From positions 1-64,000 of IMG/VR virus record IMGVR_UViG_3300036715_001783: 64,000 bases of DNA. One strand, 5' to 3'. Positions 61,012 to 64,000 of the stretch are shown here, piece by piece. The stretch comes from a virus. The notes under the pieces are model-generated. The model did no database searches. It was not told where the DNA came from and saw only the letters and a program-made list of their open reading frames with translations. Both the position numbers and the translations under genes were made by a program. How positions within the stretch are numbered: position 1 is the first letter of the stretch; every line of letters begins with the position of its first letter.

Positions 61012-61530
61012 ATGACTCCAAATCAATTAATTGATTTACTGAGACAAGATTTGTGCCCAGGAGAACCAACTAATACCTATCTTGCCTCTTGTTGGAAAGC
61101 AGGGGCAAGATTTTACAATTATCCAATAACACAAATCTGGACATTGGATGATGAAGTAATAACACATATTTGTGTGGTTCGAGATGCACGTAGCAATCCA
61201 ATATTATTAGTTGTTGGATATGATGACACGAATAGCGTGTTTTTGTTTACTGAAAATATTGATGAAAATCGTATTAGAATTTACACAGACAACCTGGCCG
61301 AAAAACAGCTCAGCACAAACCAAATAAGTGCACCTGATTGGTCTGATGCTCCTGAATGGGCCACATTTCTTGCCCAAGACCAGAGTGGTGATTGGTATTG
61401 GTTTTGGAAAGAACCTACCATATCAGATACAGGTATGTGGGAATCGGACACAATTTATTGTAAAGCGTATAGGGTCTCTAATTGGGAGGACACCTTACAA
61501 CCTAAACCTATCGAAGAGGGCAAAAAATGA
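61012..61530 (+). CDS. Hypothetical protein with DWS.APEWA..AQD..G.W domain
   Basis: Domain repeated in a frameshifted ORF at about 61527-61741. Confidence 0.55.
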   Translation: MTPNQLIDLLRQDLCPGEPTNTYLASCWKAGARFYNYPITQIWTLDDEVITHICVVRDARSNPILLVVGYDDTNSVFLFTENIDENRIRIYTDNLAEKQLSTNQISAPDWSDAPEWATFLAQDQSGDWYWFWKEPTISDTGMWESDTIYCKAYRVSNWEDTLQPKPIEEGKK

Positions 61531-61931
61531 CCGAATTAGAAAATTCAATAATTGGTGGGAAAAATACTATGACAAATATGATTTTCATGGACCCGAATGG
61601 TCCATAGCACACAGTGTGTGGATGGCAAGAGCCACACTTATTACTCCATTTCCTGATTGGACTGGTGCACCTGATTGGGCTAATCATGTTGCCCAAGACG
61701 GAAATGGAAAGTGGTCTCAAGGTTTGTACTCGTGTAGATGAGGCCTGGCAGGTTGGAACCATGACAGAAGCTGATTTCTTGAATGCAGATGACGATATGG
61801 ATACCATTCATAATGTTGAGGCATTAATAAGAGAGTTAATCGAAATTTTGTAACCCGTTGAAGTAATTTAATTTTACTGTATAATACTCTTCATCAGTTA
61901 AGTAATTCAATTCACACAAAAGGCATTCATT

Positions 61932-63080
61932 ATGAGTAATAAAACATCTAAATCGGCTCCAGTTGTAATTGATGAAGTAGAGCTCTTTGGGGAACGTGCG
62001 GTACGGTGGTATCAGATAGCAGCCAGAAATGAGGTGGCTGAAGCATTGGAAGAAAATCCAGTTGCTCGTATTTTAGTTGTGATGCCAACAGGTACTGGTA
62101 AAACAGTAACATCTGGTTTAATCTTCTCTTCTGAACGTGTTCGTGCTGCAATTGGTGTTAAGCCTGGTGCTCCACTCAGATTGTTGTTCATTGCACATAA
62201 ACACAGATTATTGACTCAAGCAGAACAAGCATATGCTGATGCTGAGAATGTTACATTCATTCAACAAAGTGCCTTTTCTGATATTCCACAATCTGTATTG
62301 GATGCAGATTGGGATATTACTTGTATTGATGAGGCACATCATGAAGCTATGTCATCTATCCAATACCACTTGGAACTATTAGGTGAAAAACCATTAATTG
62401 GTTTAACAGCAACACCTGACAGAGCTGATGGATGTTTAATCAAATTTGACATTGTTGTTAATCCAATTTCAAGAGAACAAGCAGTGGCAGAAGGTCATTT
62501 GGCTGAAACAAGAATTCATACATTTGTTGATGTACCATCTAAATCAAAAACAGTTGTATTGACTGACTTGTTGGAGAATTACATTCACCAAATGGGTCAA
62601 ACAATGATTTTTGTTAAGACCAAACAAGAAGTTCGTGAAATAACAGCTGTTATCAATGAACTTGGTTACATTGCGGTTGGTATTTTAGACCAATCAAACA
62701 AAGAATTGGATGTTATTCTGAATTTGTTCTCAGAAGGAAAAATAGAGTTCTTAGTTAATTGTGCCAAAATATCTGAAGGAGTGGATGTTAAGGGGTGTAC
62801 TGATGTTATCCTTGGTAGACAAATTGGTTCATACTCACAACTGAACCAAATTATTGGTCGTGCAGCACGACCAGATTCAACCTGTAATGTTTGGGAACTT
62901 ATCAATCCATTATCTGGTACAAATCTTGATTCAACTGTTGTGGTTGGGACTCCAGCCTTTCACAGATTGGTATCAAAACGCAAAGACAATTGGGTCGAAA
63001 ATGTATTCGACTATGTTACACACAAAACCAGTAAACAACTTGGTATTGCATCTGGTATCAGAATTGGTGCAGGTCGGTAG
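61932..63080 (+). CDS. SF2 DEAH-box helicase
   Basis: PTGTGKT, DEAHH, GLTATP.R.D, EG.D, Q.IGR..R. Confidence 0.92.
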   Translation: MSNKTSKSAPVVIDEVELFGERAVRWYQIAARNEVAEALEENPVARILVVMPTGTGKTVTSGLIFSSERVRAAIGVKPGAPLRLLFIAHKHRLLTQAEQAYADAENVTFIQQSAFSDIPQSVLDADWDITCIDEAHHEAMSSIQYHLELLGEKPLIGLTATPDRADGCLIKFDIVVNPISREQAVAEGHLAETRIHTFVDVPSKSKTVVLTDLLENYIHQMGQTMIFVKTKQEVREITAVINELGYIAVGILDQSNKELDVILNLFSEGKIEFLVNCAKISEGVDVKGCTDVILGRQIGSYSQLNQIIGRAARPDSTCNVWELINPLSGTNLDSTVVVGTPAFHRLVSKRKDNWVENVFDYVTHKTSKQLGIASGIRIGAGR

Positions 63081-63174
63081 TCACACCAACCGGGGGGATT
63101 AATTATCCCCCTTTTCTTTTGTGTAAAATGTAGTATAATAGTATTTTATTCATCATTAATAGGAAGTACATCAA

Positions 63175-64000
63175 ATGTTATTATCTAAACAATTATTAAA
63201 AAATCTGCAAGCCTGTGATACTGGCATTGCTTTTTGTGAACGAAACCAGTTGTTCGGATTTGATTTAGATCTGTTGCACACTGTTACTGGTGACTATCAC
63301 TTTTTTGTATCTTGGCTAAGAGACAATTTGGGAGAGAATGAGTTTGATAATAATGAGAATCGTATCAAACGAGTTAATGGATCTGACCAACCAACATTGT
63401 GGGTGTATGATGATAACCGTAACTTGTTATCGTACACCAATGGTAGTATACATGAATTATACACTTACAATGAGTTTGGTAAACTATCAACTTTTGTTGA
63501 TAGAACAAAATCAAAAACCTTCAAATATGATGATGACCAAAATATGGTTCGATTTGATTCCTATATGGGCCAACATCACTATTGGGAAGAATGGACATAT
63601 AGTAAGACTGGTAAAGAATTAACATACCTGGATTCATACAAAAATCAACATGTGTGGACGTATGATGAACATGACAATCAGGTGTCTCAGAGTACCACCC
63701 GTGGTGTTAATGGAAGTATTGAATTAATTGAGGCAACTTATGATGATAAAGGTAGAGTAGCCTCAAAAACTCATAACTCTGGTAAAGAAGAATATTGGGA
63801 GTATGATGACATGGACAATGTCTTATCATACAAAGAAGTGTATCCTGATCCTAATGGTGAAGTGTATCATCTAACACAAACATTTGATTCCAAAGGAAAC
63901 AGATTAACTGCATGTTGGAATGGTGACGGTATTGAGCGGTGGGTATATGACGACCACAACAACATAGTTTCATACTTCACCAATGATGATCCAGTTGATC
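63175..64000 (+). CDS. YD-like repeat protein, runs off the window end
   Basis: MLLSKQLLKNLQACD.G; repeated W.YD..(D/G)N units. Confidence 0.65.
   Translation, partial: MLLSKQLLKNLQACDTGIAFCERNQLFGFDLDLLHTVTGDYHFFVSWLRDNLGENEFDNNENRIKRVNGSDQPTLWVYDDNRNLLSYTNGSIHELYTYNEFGKLSTFVDRTKSKTFKYDDDQNMVRFDSYMGQHHYWEEWTYSKTGKELTYLDSYKNQHVWTYDEHDNQVSQSTTRGVNGSIELIEATYDDKGRVASKTHNSGKEEYWEYDDMDNVLSYKEVYPDPNGEVYHLTQTFDSKGNRLTACWNGDGIERWVYDDHNNIVSYFTNDDPVD

Noticed and set aside
61527-61741. Programmed frameshift at GAAAATT
   Set aside because: The ORF is also truncated downstream; decay or sequencing error is more likely.

Overview
AT-rich segment of a large T4-like/jumbo myophage genome. Evidence: sigma70-type early promoters TTGAYT-N16/17-TATAAT, T4-type late promoters (T/C)ATAAATA, gp23- and gp21-like paralogues, PhoH and a GH19 endolysin. 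Main blocks: (1) A translation-rescue/RNA-repair island (about 6.8-27.6 kb) with a CCA-adding enzyme, cyclic-phosphate receiver protein, about 12 tRNA or tRNA-like genes, Pth2, NADAR, Ro60/TROVE and an RNA ligase. It contains five Y-RNA-like genes, three with circularly permuted tRNA domains and several with anticodon-like loops. The tRNA cluster is headed by an apparent leader-peptide attenuator in which 19 of the first 20 codons match anticodons found downstream. (2) Many free-standing homing endonucleases, five of which leave duplicated or replaced fragments of their target genes. (3) 7-deazaguanine pathway genes (QueE, QueD, TGT/DpdA-like, PRTase). (4) An AAA ATPase with a class 3 intein. 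(5) A type I-F CRISPR-Cas cassette (cas8-5-7-6, broken cas1, 17 repeats, cas2-3) bracketed by 66-bp promoter/RBS direct repeats, with one CRISPR repeat replacing much of the N-terminal half of cas1. All calls come from reading the sequence by eye; no searches were run.
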